From Phallusia mammillata (Eukaryota), in assembly GCA_965637545.1 (NCBI GenBank), contig OZ281497.1, forward strand, positions 26,970,001 to 27,034,000: 64,000 nt of DNA. Direction: 5' to 3'. Of the stretch, positions 51,101 through 64,000 are shown piece after piece (position 1 is the first letter of the stretch; every line of letters starts with the position of its first letter). The translations under genes were made by a program, and so were the position numbers. The notes under the pieces were generated by a model. That model was given only the letters and a program-made list of their open reading frames with translations. It was not told where the DNA came from and searched no databases.

Positions 51101-53630
51101 TTTGTTAAGCACTACTACCGACGCATGAGTAATATGCCGACTAAAGCTTAACGATTCCCAATCGGTTTCTAAGACCATATGAGGAGAGGTTGTATGCAAC
51201 TAGCAGGGGTGGCCAAACTAGGGGATTGCAGTTTTATTTGATTTGGTCAATCACGAATTTTTTAACGTTACATGTTAAAGGTTTGAATGTGACCGGCGGA
51301 GACTTAATACGTAATTGAGACCTGTATGCCATAAAGCTATATTTTTCTTTCTATTATTGATATGTATTGCACGAAACACAAAAGCTGTTTTAAATTCCTG
51401 GCACTTGGTTCTTTAGAAAATCACCAAATTTTAAACTCATGTTTTTTTAGAACAATACACATTAAATGTTCGGCTAAATTGCCTCAATAATTAATAAATT
51501 TAAATTAAACACTCAAGTTATATAAATTCGTCACTATAACTTACATAGTTGTGACGTCAGTCGGGGTGCGTCACAACGTGACGTAAGATCGGTTGCGTGG
51601 TGATTCAGTGACTGCAAGTTGGTCATATGGAGTTTATACGTGTGATGAAAGCACGGTATGAACATTACGCCAAATCAGGGGTGCTTTAATAGTTCCTTAC
51701 AGAAATAGAAATAGGCGTGTAAAGAAAAATTTGATTTCGTCTTTTCAGCAGCTTAACGTTGAATTTCTTCCAGAGCCCTGGAAAGCAAGAAACGTTCTGG
51801 TGCAAGAAATTTTTTGTCCCATTTCAAACACTAGTTATATTTACACGTGCGCTCAATTCTATAAAGAAAGAGAACCAAAATGGTATACTCGTCAATCAGT
51901 AGTAAAGCAACTAATAAAAAAAAACACGTTTTTTTGTTTTTGAAATTTAACATCCATGCCACCCTTAGACTTTTATGGATCGTGGTTCGGCGCATTGGTT
52001 GTGGTGCATCCCCTCTTGTGGGCTCTAATATTTGCGCAACGATGCGTTAAAAATCCGTGCTGTTGTTTAAGTACTATTTAATACATTGCTATTAAATTTG
52101 GGTACTAAAAAAAAAACAATAAGTAAAGGCTGGAACTACTTGGCAATATGTTTAGGTTTTTTAAAGGAGGTTCGAATCAAGGAGTTCCGGATAAACAAAT
52201 CACGTTCAGCTTGTTTGTTTGTGCACCCCTGGACCAATTTACCAAGTGCCGAAGGTAAATAGCTCGAGTATGCCTCTAGTGTTTGCTAATAAATATTATA
52301 CTTCCGCCAGGTAGCGTAAAAGGTATTTTAAAGGTTTAGCGTTTATTTGGACGAGCAAACGAGGCAGGAACTTGGCTGAATAGCGCGCCTGACCCATACA
52401 CAGACATACAAAAAAAACTGATCTGGATTCGTCCCCGGGAGTGTCCTGGGTTCGGACCCCGTGAAAAAAAAATGGACGAGTAAACGAACGCAATTTAATT
52501 TGACCATAATTTTGTGACCACGTTTTTGCGTTTTAAGAATGCCTTTTCATCACAGAATAACTAAAATACACCAGTGGTTATTTTTTATTGGCCAGTCGGT
52601 CCTTAAATTTTTAAATCTAAAAATATTTTTTGTATTTAACATTTCATCTGTAAAATCCGTTTAGAGATTAATGGATGTCAAAGACGAAACATTTCAATGA
52701 TATTAAAGCATTAAAAATTTCAACCATTGTTTTTACAAACACGTTGATGTTGGCATTTAAATTTAACTACTATGAGCTGAAAATAACGACATTGAAAACA
52801 TCGGAAGTATAACTAAAATCTTAAAATTAAATTAACTTGTGCGAACTCAATCCTGAATAGCATTGAACTAAATCCGTTCATAGTTCATCGAGATGTAACT
52901 TTGATATTTAGACAAAAGATTAACATAGCAAATGGACAAATGGGGCAAACTGGTCGACGGTACCAACTCCTTCGAGTCAATTTGAATGGAGATTAAGATT
53001 CCGTCGCGGAAATTTAGCTGGGTGAGGCCAATTGCGGTCGACGATTTGGGGGTGTGTTATGTTTATCAGCTTGTTGCTCCCGCAGGTGAAACGGTCAAGG
53101 TTAAACGTTTGACATTGACGCGGAATGCGGTTTAAGGTCAAATTGGGATCACGTACTTTCACGGAGTCGAACCGTGATCAATTTGTGACGTTAATAACTC
53201 TAACTACTTCGCTTTTATTGAATAGGACAATAACGATGTATGTAACTGACATTAGTGCCGTACTTGCGTAATTGAATAAGGCAAAACAAAGAATATTTCT
53301 TTAAATACCAATAACGTCGGAGTTTTTTGTAATCCAATTTCATATGTTTTTCATTTAAGCCTTTTGAGTTTACCAACTGTTGAAATTGGGTTCAGTTTAA
53401 ACGCACCAGACGATATACAACTTCTACTTTATGTAGTGATCCACAGAAAATGCTTTGAAGAGTTGTCCGAATGCGTTTAAATGCTAAAGACTTTTGCAGG
53501 CAATTTATTTGGCAGTTTTTGACATAACCCATCATCTTAAATAAATTAAGAGTCCATGAAATTAAAATTCTGAAACAAGTTCTTGTGATTGGAACACTAT
53601 ATACGGATATGTTCATAAGTTTAATTATGA

Positions 53631-53768
53631 AAATAACGGCCCAAGTAGACGTAAAACGCTACTTTATTTTTTAAATGTTTCCGCAAATCACTGACGATGA
53701 CATGAGCATTTGCCAAAATGTTTGAAAAACAAAGTATGTCAATTTTTACGTCTATTTTGTCCGTTTTT
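53631..53768 (+). repeat. Decayed copy of the 37.8 kb hammerhead/inverted-repeat element
   Basis: Shares the arm taacggcccaa.tagacgt and the core TCA-CTGACGA-T-GACA-TGAGCATT-TGCC-AAAA-TG-TT-TGA with the 37.8 kb element. GAAA has become AAAA and CG has become TG. Confidence 0.75.
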
Positions 53769-56649
53769 CTTGTAATTAAAATAAAAAAATAAAAACTTAT
53801 AATAAGGGAAGAGGGCCATAAAAAATTTATTACAAACGTTTTAACAAACGCTGTTGTCTTTCTCACTGCAATAACATGCATATTTGCAGCTTTTGGGCCA
53901 CTATCATCATGCAACATAGGGTGTTTTACGTTCACCTAAAGTGGTCAACAAAAGGGAAATTTAAATTGTAAAATATATTTCGGTCTGTTTTCTGTTTGAC
54001 AAATCTCAATTTAAATATTCGTGCAAACAACACTAAAGGATTGAAATAGCAGAGTGCCAAGTAGAAAAGCAAATGTCAGTGTTTGACAAACACTTGAAGT
54101 TGCGGCAACACAAATAAACAAACACTTGTTCGCGTGTGAACATTGGGGTCAACGAAACATGGCAATGCAAAATATTTGGTAAAAGTCAACAAAAATGCCC
54201 TCCAAAAAACAAACTAATCCGAATTTAACTAATACAAAGTTTTCTGTACTATTTCCTAAGCTTTTAAATGCAGATTATAATTTCCGTAATCTCCTAACGT
54301 ATTCTCAATAACAACACACGAACAATCAGTAATTCGGGAGCAATTATTTCCCCTCATTGTCCTAGCTTCGTGATCGCTTCTCAGTATGGTGACGTCACAG
54401 TACTCATGATTGCGTCATACTGAGCTTGTTCTGGAATACTTTCATGTCGATGTTGGCTTGAAAAACGTGGAAAGATTCAAGTGTTTGTTGAATGAGTTCA
54501 AACGTTAGGTCGTCGTTGATTAAACACTTAATTAGCTAGCGACAAAAACGTGATGATTTTTATACGCGACTTGTTTCATGTTTTGGTCACGTCATATTTT
54601 GTAAGCGACATTACATCACTGGCCGAAAGTAATATGAACAAAAACAAACTTGTAATTGTAAAATGAAGACAAAGGGTATCAACTAATTGCGCTTATAAAT
54701 CTATTATCGGCAATATAATATACAAACATGAGTTTTAGTGTGTTTGTGACTTTTGTCGGTCAAATACTTTTCGCATCTTTATGCACTAAATCGGGGAGAT
54801 TTCATAGGCGTTTAAATTGCAATTCTGTAATTCCTGACGCACAAAAAATGATTCCAGACAACGTAGACATTCCCAGTCGTACACAATACTAATCGCACGT
54901 TTGGAGAACATACTAGAATGCCAAACAACAACTTTCACACGACATACAACACAACCACATCAAACATCACACCACATCCACAAATGCTAATTATCCAAGC
55001 TGCGCGGCCATCTGCCTTATCCCCTTCTCTATTTCTCATTAAAACATACGTTTGCAGCCTCAAAATCAGCTCTTGTCGGTGTTAAGTAACGGGGCGTCGC
55101 CAACACATCAGTCAGGCCGCTGTAAGGGTTGCAATTAGAAGAATCAGGTTCAACTTTGCTGGTGCCTCACCGTCTAACCGCTACTGGTTATTAACGAGGC
55201 AAGTTAACGGACAAAATCTGGGTTTCCGTGATTTCGTTAATTTGACACGCAAGGTTCAACCTATAGAGGTAAGGTCATGGAGGTTAAGATCAAAAGTAGG
55301 AGGGGCAGTGAAAAAGGGGCGGGGCACTTTTGGAATTCGCTTGGTTGCATAATTCTTGAAATTTACTGTGTGAGAAAGGAAAAAATATAGGTGCGCAAAG
55401 AAAACAAATATACGTCTTTATTGTGTTTTGTCTCCTTTCCAACACTTTATTCTTTCCGTTTTGGATTTTTATTTTCATTTAAACCACACCCATGCGTTCA
55501 TTCTTCCTTTCCATACTATGTCTTATTAAAATTTAGCACATGATAGGCGATCAAAGGACATGAATAGAGACAATTGCAATTTCGTAGGCTTACCTCACCT
55601 ATCATTTTCTATTCTCAGTTTTACCCCAAACTAGTTTTTAGGGCAAAACATTTTTCCAGGATTTTGCTTGGATTTTTAGTCTGGTGCTTTGATTCTCTGT
55701 CATTTTACCTGTAAACACCTAGTCTCAAACAACAGTTTTTTTTTTTATATATTTGCGCACTCATGGAAAAAAGCTATTCTAAAGACAAGTTTGTGCAACA
55801 ACGATTGTAAAATAGTATATAATTGAATTCTCATCTAAATAAAGTGAACACCAATTCAGATTCTAAAAAGCTTTTACAATTTACGTAGCATTTTCAAACC
55901 ATAAACTGCAAAAAAGTAATTTAGAAATCAAAAATTATTTGAAAATAATATGCCACCGAATGTTGTTGACCAAACCATAAACCTCAATAAGGCCAGAAAA
56001 ATCATTTTCGATAAATTTCTAAATATTGGGAAAGTCCCAAATCGTGGGGCACTTTTCTTTGGGGTCAATAATTGGGGTTTGATGGTTTGTTGGGGGTGGG
56101 ATGTTTTGTTACGGGGGGTTTAGGGGGCGCGTCGTGGGCCGATTCAAATACCGTGGGAAAGCGACACTCAGGAATTCGCGGAAGAATATGAAAGTACTTG
56201 AAATTTTAAGAGCTGGCATGCGGCGGGTGCGCCTCTAATTGGACGCTGACGTTGTAAGTGTAAAATATTTTGTTTTGAGTCAAAGTTCTTGCCTATAATG
56301 ATTTGCTAACTAGTTCGTCCTGCACTTGTAATATTATATGTTGATCGTGGGCCGAACAAAAAAATCAATAACTGAAGTAATTAAACATGAAAACGAGTTA
56401 TAGTTATGCATGCCATCAAAATTTAGACTTTGTTAATGTTCTCAAACTTGTTCAAATACAAACTTTTCCAAACTCCCCAAACTTTCAAGTCCGAATTCAA
56501 AGTCATTACCGAAAAATATTTTGACTTGCCCCAACCCATCCCTCAAAACGCCCCAACAGGTCCCCGTTTGTTTATTGTTTACATTGTTACTTCGTTGCCG
56601 CCCCAACAAAATCCACTCATCTCTACCAACACCCAAAATTCACTGTCAG

Positions 56650-57048
56650 GTTTTATTATGACGTCACAATCACTGGTGTGACGCTATCAACCTGTGACGT
56701 AACGGCGGGTGGCGATGCCAACGACCCCAACCAGGGGTGAGACCCCTAAATAAGCCCCACCTTTGTGCCTCATTTCGCCTGGGTCTTGTTGTTTCCATTA
56801 TAGATAAGATCCCGCACACCTGGGCAGACGAGAGAGGCTGATTGCACGCGGAGATAGCGCAAGGCGAGAAGCCTCTGCTGGCACGGATTTCGCTGGAAAT
56901 ATTTGCACATAGATCAAGTCTAGGAATTTTGAAAGGAAGTCTGTTGAACTTTAAGTGGAAATGTTGGGTCCCAGTTGGAGCCTTCTTATCACGCTAAGCG
57001 ACAAAGGCAGTGTCTTCTATGCACATTGTTTTGCAGGTTATCAATAAG
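56650..57048 (+). promoter_or_regulatory. Putative promoter and first exon of an unidentified plus-strand transcript
   Basis: GC-rich island with a CRE (56659), a TATA-like ttatagataa (about 56798) and a strong donor AAG|gtatgt at 57049. No downstream exon was identified. Confidence 0.35.
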
Positions 57049-58754
57049 GTATGTTTTATTTCTGTTTAATAAATCAGATTTAACTATTAATAATAAATTT
57101 AAAAACCATATATAAATGCAAGTAAATGTTCGTTAGTTAGTTCGTTGCATTTTCGAAACATTTGAAGCATTTTGGCACAAATATTTCAGCATTTCTATTT
57201 TTAAGCAATCCTTGGTTTCAAGCTACTAAAATTACCGGAAAATTCCTTACAAATTCTTGCGTGTGGTCTTGTTTCTCAATCATCATCTCGCATTGCAACG
57301 TCACAATGAACCTGTTTGTGACGTAACACTAATCGTATATCACGTAACCACCTCTCGGCATTGTTACGTGTATTTTCACAACTGCGATTTCGTCCAATTG
57401 GCGCCGAGTGCAATACAAACTTGTGACTTTAGAACTGGTCGTCACGTTTAACTGCACAAGGAGAGGTGTTATTGGCAAACACTACATGAATGGCTTGTTT
57501 AGTAAACTCCGTTTTGTTGTAACTTACAAATTAATGCATTATGTGTGGTGGTAAGTATGGGGCAACGAATCAATCAGATATGAAGACCTGTCTGTCCTAT
57601 ACTGGCATTGATGGTAAAAAAAGAAACAGAAAATAACAAAAAAATGATTTAAACCACAGTGCATTTTGACAAAACTGACAGTTACTTAGGGTAAATGTAT
57701 GGTAGGTTGTGGCATTTGTTAATCATTTTCCTAACGAAAGATACTAGCATTTTTTCAGCCCAAAATAATATTTGTTGTGAACATTTAAGTGCAGTGTCTT
57801 CTAAGAATTCCTTTTATAATCGTTACAGAAATGTATTAGTAAGATGTTCTAGGAGACGTGTAACTTCCGGCTGCAATTTCACTAATTTCTGGATTACTTT
57901 GAATATTAGCGAACACTAAAGTAGGTAATGCACATGCAATTGCGAGTTGCAACGCCCTTACGCACGTGATTACAAAGCACTGTTGCGTCATAATGCACTG
58001 CCGAATAGTGGGAAAACCATAAAAGCTTCCAATTATTTTTTTTCACAGCAATTATTCTTGTATTATGCATTACTTTATGTATCTTGCTGCTGATTTTTTA
58101 CTAAAACAAAGTTGTCGTGATTTTGTACTATTTAGTAAAAAGTTACGAATTTATTAGGTAATATATGTATTAGGTATATGCATGGGGTCTCTAAACGTAC
58201 ACCATTCCAAGGAAATTAGTTGTGGAATGTTTTGCAATGCAGTACAATGTGTGCAACAAAATTTGCCAAAAAAAAACAATATTAGCTTTGCAATAAATGT
58301 TGCAACAAAAGTATATGTGATAGATTAGAAGCTCAGTTCATAAATACACAATCACCAAATTTACATAGTTAAAGACAAGCAACTACAAATGCTTCCAGGA
58401 TCTGTCACTCTAATAGTAAGCATGTTAATGTCAACGATCACTGAGTTTCTTGATTATCTACTATTTAGATAAGCAATACACTATGCGACTTGGAGGCGCT
58501 TTCGGGGCGAAAAACAACTAAAACCAGTCTGTTTGGAATTGATATCCAATGCGAGCAAGGTAAGATAATCCAAACTCGCCGCTGCATTAGAAGATCGCAC
58601 GTCGACTGTCGTTTAATAGCTTGTAAGTGGCACTAATTTGCCAAAACAAACGCAGCACGACGCGAGGTACGGCATTGTCCAGTTGTGGCGCGACACGGAA
58701 GACAATGCTGTGCATGTTTGTACAGCGCAATCAGTACATGTTGACTCATGGCGC

Positions 58755-58985
58755 TCAATGCGATTGCCCGCACGGCGCTCGGCAGCCGGCAATGATAATG
58801 TTGATGTTGCTGATGATGGCGAAGAGCGCGAGACCTAAGACTGTGTTGACCTTCTTGCGAGTCTGGTGGGGGTAAAACGCGCGGGCAGCTCTTAAGCGAA
58901 TCGAAGCACCAGATCGACCAGCAGTTGCTATTTCGACGTCGACCTGTTCGGCGCTAAGTTTAATTTCGTTCAGGAGTGTCTGCAT
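58755..58985 (-). CDS. Candidate 76-aa small membrane protein
   Basis: ATG-initiated ORF in a GC-rich island. A basic patch (RKK) is followed by the hydrophobic stretch VLGLALFAIISNINIIIAG. No confident homology. Confidence 0.35.
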   Translation of the reverse strand: MQTLLNEIKLSAEQVDVEIATAGRSGASIRLRAARAFYPHQTRKKVNTVLGLALFAIISNINIIIAGCRAPCGQSH

Positions 58986-61900
58986 TCAGGTAGCAACAAA
59001 GCAGTTTGTATATTTGTAAAGTTGTATGTGGTGGATGATTTAAGAAACTTGGAACAGAATAAAACAGAATCAATGCATATAAAACTTGAGCTAAATTGTG
59101 TAATGTAATAACGATTACAATTACATGAACTTTAGTTGAAGAATTAAGTTTCAAATTATAAACTTTAGTTGAAGGCTTAAGTTCAAAATTATAAAAATTT
59201 ACATCGTAATTTCCGAGTTTGTTAAGGGCAAGGTAATGGTTGGAAACACAGCAACAACCGATGGTGTTAGTTCATATTCAAGCGATATAAATGAGTTATT
59301 TGCTCAATGGGCAGTTCTGAAAATACCTTTGGACATATTGTTCTAAAGTTGCATTGCTGTGCTTGTTGCGAAAATCAGGCCAATGTTGTGGAGATGAAAA
59401 AATATGTTTTTACGATTTGTAATAAATGCCTGTTAAGCCCTAACATTTCGTGACATAAAGACTTTCAAAAGAGTTGCCTTAGCTAAGGATGTGCTTGTTG
59501 TTCATACAGAGCTTTAAAAGTGCAGTGATTGTAAAACGTTGACGTTAAAAACATTATTGATCAGAAAACGTCGTAAAAACTGGTAAAACGAGCGATAAAC
59601 GAAGCTTGGTGGGATAAAGTTTACAGCTACACAAACGTTGGAATTTTTTCGGGAAGGATTTTCTAGGACGCCAAATATGACGTCACAGCGGTTTTTGCCG
59701 ACTCTCATGCTGCTTTTCATCTGCTTATGTGGTAAGTTAAGTTACATATGTTTTTTTAAGTGGTTTTGACTCGGGAGGAAGTTGTGGTCTCGACGACATC
59801 GAGTCGCGACGGTTGATCCGACCGCAAACTTGTTGACGATTTACCGCAGATGTTTGTACATGTCCCGGGGGTGCAATTACGGGTAGGGCTTCAAGTGTTT
59901 GGGATTTTAAATCGTGTTTCTACCACAAAGACTTGAGCTGTGTTAAACACATCAATCAAAAATTGCAAGGTGATAATGAACTCCAAAAAAGCGCGTGAGC
60001 TATTTACTTAAACCCGAGTTTTCTAAACAAGCTTTAGCCGCGAAGCTTAGTCTCGAAGCAGCCTTTGAAGTAACACGCCAGCGCGATATACGTCAAAGGA
60101 ATGCCTGAAACAAGCGGACAGGACAAGGGGGCTGACGAATGACACCACGCTTGTGGTTCTGCAAAAACAAGAGTCGGGTTTTCAATTAGAGCAACAAGCT
60201 TTCCACCGACAACAATGCTCCTTTTAGCTGCTCGCCAAAGCCGCGCTGGCTAAGGCTGATTGATAAAGGTGCGAAGTGATTAATTCCTCCCCGTGTTCGG
60301 ATAAGGGGTGCGCGGATTTAGGGGTGAGAGGGGTTGAAATTTGTGGAAGATCAGCAAAAACATGTTGGAATTTTAGTTTGGGGCGAAAACATGTGTTAGA
60401 TCACGTTTTTGCGTTTTGCTATAATTTTTTACGAGGAACTTTTTATTGATGTTGGGGGAGTTTACAAGCAAAATTGGAATGCAGTAAATTTCAATTTGGC
60501 TTATTAAGCTGTTTTCATTTCATTCCTTAATACAATTGTCTTTCAAATATTTTTCTTATCTTACATGGACATGATTAAAATTAATTGTCAGTTGTAAATC
60601 ACAATAGTTGCAAAATCTTTTTTGCGTTAATAACATTTCCGTTATTTTAATACTTCAGAATCGCGCAGCAAAACTTCAAAGCATGAAAACATTCTTATAC
60701 GTCCCACAAAAAACTCCCATCTATTTTTCGTCCAAGTCTGGCGAAAGCATATACAACTTCAGCGCAGTAGTTGCCAAATAAGGGCACGATCTGCCCACTC
60801 TATGCTAAAGTATTAACACCTACGAAGTCCGCCACTCGAATTGAGATGGTATCTCGCATTCCAATGAACGAAGCGCCGATCCTGCAAAGCGATACGCACC
60901 GCAATGCAATATATTGGTCGTATCGCGACGATCTTAACGCGTAAATCAGATACTTAGAACGTGATTTCTTTGGCCTGGTTTATTCTTGAAAACTTACTAC
61001 ACTTCATACTTGTATTGATGATAAACGGTGTTAGATGTCAAGATGGCTTAGACTGACATCTTAGTAGTTTTATGATGATGTAGCGTGGTTAGAAAATACA
61101 GTGATAGTACATCTTTTTAGGTAGGTTTAGGTCTTTGAGTAATGGATGGTATTACAACATAATTTAAAAACGGCTAGATTTGAATGTCAGTTTTTCAAAA
61201 TATTTACATTGATTTAATTGTATTTAAATGGATTACCATGAACTAAATATTCAAAGTTTTGACCAGAGAAACATAGTTTGAAACAGCATAGAAATATTAA
61301 TAATTATGCACCTATACGTTCTACTACCGCTTCGGAAATTGTCGGTTAGCTCCGATATATGCAAATGGTAACCTGAGAGTTTTCTGATAAGACTATCAGT
61401 CTATCACTAGCCAAAATCAACTAGTGCTTCCCATCTAATCTATGACCGCAACAAGCCCACGGCAGGGAATGCTAGCTAGCTGCGGTCGACTGCTACTGCT
61501 ATCCGATTTTATTGCAAATATGTTCAAATTTTCAAAGCAAACATATTTTCAATGGTGTTAATATAAGAACTAATAATTCAACTGTTTTTGCGTATATAAA
61601 ACGGGTGAATTTTTGCAGGAAGTGAGTCTGCATTTTTTTAACACCTTGATTTTGGGGGTAAATGTTTATTCGACGATAAGATGTAATGTCGTTACGCAGC
61701 ATATAAACTGTGTGAATTTTTCATCTTTGCGCACCTGTAGGCTACATTAAAACGGACTTAAATCGTGATGTACCAATCCACAAACAGTCATGTGTGTGTA
61801 GGAAAACCATCGAGTTTTCGAGTTTGTTTACGGGGTAGCGAGATATTGGGTTGGGCTATCGGTTGGGCGATGACAGCTGAATGACGAAAAAGATAAAACG

Positions 61901-62401
61901 TGATAAACGTGAGGCGTACATTTGTATTGCAAGCGGATAAAAACAAAATAATAAGCTAATGCGTTTAAAAGCGTAAACATGTTTACGTTTCAGAATGAAA
62001 CAACGGTAGTTATGACAAAGTTAAACTACAATAGCAGACAATATTAACGAAAACTTCTGTGTAATTTTTAATAGTTTTCCGTTGGTTTCTGCAAACGCAT
62101 TTTCAAGCATAATAAATTCCTTAACACGAGGTCTTTCTAATCTCACACCAGATTTCTTATCTTGGTTTGTTTGGCAGCTGCCGAAATCGTTATTTCACTG
62201 GCAACGTTTAATCGCAGACGTCAGTCGTTTTGCCCCCGGTTTATTTACTCCCAAACCCCTCCTAATCACGATTAAGCAACTACGGTTTGTGTTAACAAGG
62301 CGAGATTAAAGTGGGTGGTCGGATTTTAGACGGACAGCTGTTGTATAATCATGTATTGTGATGTGGTTTCACACAAAACGTTTTGTTAACTACGTTCTAT
62401 G

Positions 62402-62581
62402 TAGTGGTGAGATTCAAAATTGTTGTCAGCCGGTTCAATCACAAAAGTCATATTTTTCAGTCGGCTCTGTTACAAAAAGTCCATCGACAGTAACCAGCAA
62501 TGCTAACCGGTTCGCTGATCTCATAAGATTTCGTAAGACGGTTCTATAGGACCGCTGCGAACTGACTGAATCCTATCACTT
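62402..62581. mobile_element. hAT-type MITE (AGTGGTGRGATTC family)
   Basis: Ends tagtggtgagattca / tgaatcctatcactt, TSD GTTCTATG, and internal ccggttc motifs. A related end fragment lies near 13204-13221. Confidence 0.8.
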
Positions 62582-64000
62582 GTTCTATGTACAATAGATT
62601 TTTATGTTTTCAAACCAAATAATATAGTTTTTGCCTTCTTGAGTCAAACGTCTGTTATATTTCGATTGCATCATCGCCAAACTTCAAAAACATCAAAAAC
62701 AAACACTTGACACAAAACAAGACCCTAAAATAACGAAGACTAATGTGTTGAGGTTTATAGTAAAGGGGGTTGACAAGTGACCCTAAGGGGTGCGAACCCA
62801 AAACATGATAGTAAGTGGAATCGGCAAAACAAAGTGTTTGTAACAAATGGACTTATATGTGAGCAGAATTACTGATCTTTATGCGTTGTGTGAGTTTAGA
62901 AAGTAGATCCTCTGCCATGAGAACATAAGCAAAATCGTCAATTGCTTACAATACAGTTGACCTTGGGACTTACAGGTCACCGCGCATGCGTGGATGTCAT
63001 ATCTCCATGCACTGGGTGAGCTATTTTGCGACTGAAGGCTCTTGACAGCAAACAGGTGATGCTTTATTCCATCAGCTGCACGCATTTGCGCGAAAATCAG
63101 CTTGCCAGAAGAACTAACTTACGTGCAAGTGACCTTGTGTAGAAAACGCATGCTCACTTGGCAATGAATGTCCACAGGGTCTTTGTCACCAAAAGGAAAC
63201 CCTCGAAAAAGTTAGAAAGTCGTTTATGTTCTAATTGGGGTTTTAGGGCTTGTGTTTTGCTTTTGTGCTCGGGTTTTGAATTGTGTGAAAACTCACGGGA
63301 CGCAAATTTTCTCGACAATAACCACTCAAGGGCCAAAGGCGGTGCTCAACCTCACTTTGATGACGTAAGAGTCGTGGGAAAGTATGTGCTTGGGTACACA
63401 GGGGGGTTGTTGCAGCGAAGTTGCCGCCACCCTATTTGGGTCCCTTAGAAACCCCAATTTTTTATTTAAACTACGATTTTCGTACTCTTTTGAAATATGG
63501 TCCTTTGCAATTATTGTGATTAAAGCAAGTTTTTGAAAGTAATTTGGTCTGGTAAGAAATATTTTATAATTTATGTTTGCTGTATCTTTAAAATTCGATT
63601 TAAACCTCGATATTTCAATGTTTAATGCCATAAAGTTTTGATAATTGCAATATAGTTAAACATACTGCAGTTATGTTCATAAAGTTAACTACATAACACT
63701 TTATTTGCGCCGCATGTATGCGCACCTTGTAATCATAAATTCGCCAATTCGGAGACTTGCCGCCACAGTTTGCAAATAGGAAACCCATCGGCGGTCAAAC
63801 ACCGAACCGCAGGTGCCAATTAATTCAAAGCTAACCGACATTTGGCACATCTAATTGCCATTTCCGCGCAGTCTGTGTTTGCCTTGCTGCCCGGCCTGCT
63901 AACGTCAACTCCCTTGTTTAAGGAGCCAGGGTCGGCGTTTAATTTCCACTTACAACGCTAATCGTCTTTTGCGCTGCCGCCTTTTTATCCGTTTCCTCCC

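Noticed and set aside
58810-58836. CTGATGA...GAGAC as a hammerhead
   Set aside because: GAAA is absent and there is no stem I or III.
62879-63631. Cluster of short ORFs near the right end
   Set aside because: No recognisable domain and no consistent splice chain; more likely regulatory DNA.

Overview
AT-rich eukaryotic (metazoan) genomic DNA. Compact multi-intron genes, chordate-type exon structures and abundant hAT-type MITEs suggest an invertebrate chordate such as an ascidian; this is inference and the species is not determined. Five spliced protein genes can be rebuilt by hand with consistent GT-AG phases: a KChIP/KCNIP calcium sensor (+, 7087-16919), enolase 4 (-, 17875-24004), an RBMX/hnRNP G-like RRM protein (-, 25271-26938), SF3A2 (+, 30244-33360) and a DH-PH Rho GEF (-, 34742-48176). 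The right 15 kb is mostly non-coding. The most notable observations are: (1) a dispersed set of type I hammerhead-ribozyme motifs, several wrapped in long inverted repeats and lying in introns on the host gene's sense strand; (2) a GEF that joins a P-Rex-like DH domain to a DAPP1-type PIP3-binding PH domain; (3) a transmembrane-type KChIP first exon with a possible alternative short first exon; (4) a candidate antisense gene nested in the last KChIP intron. All family assignments are from recalled sequence similarity, not database searches.
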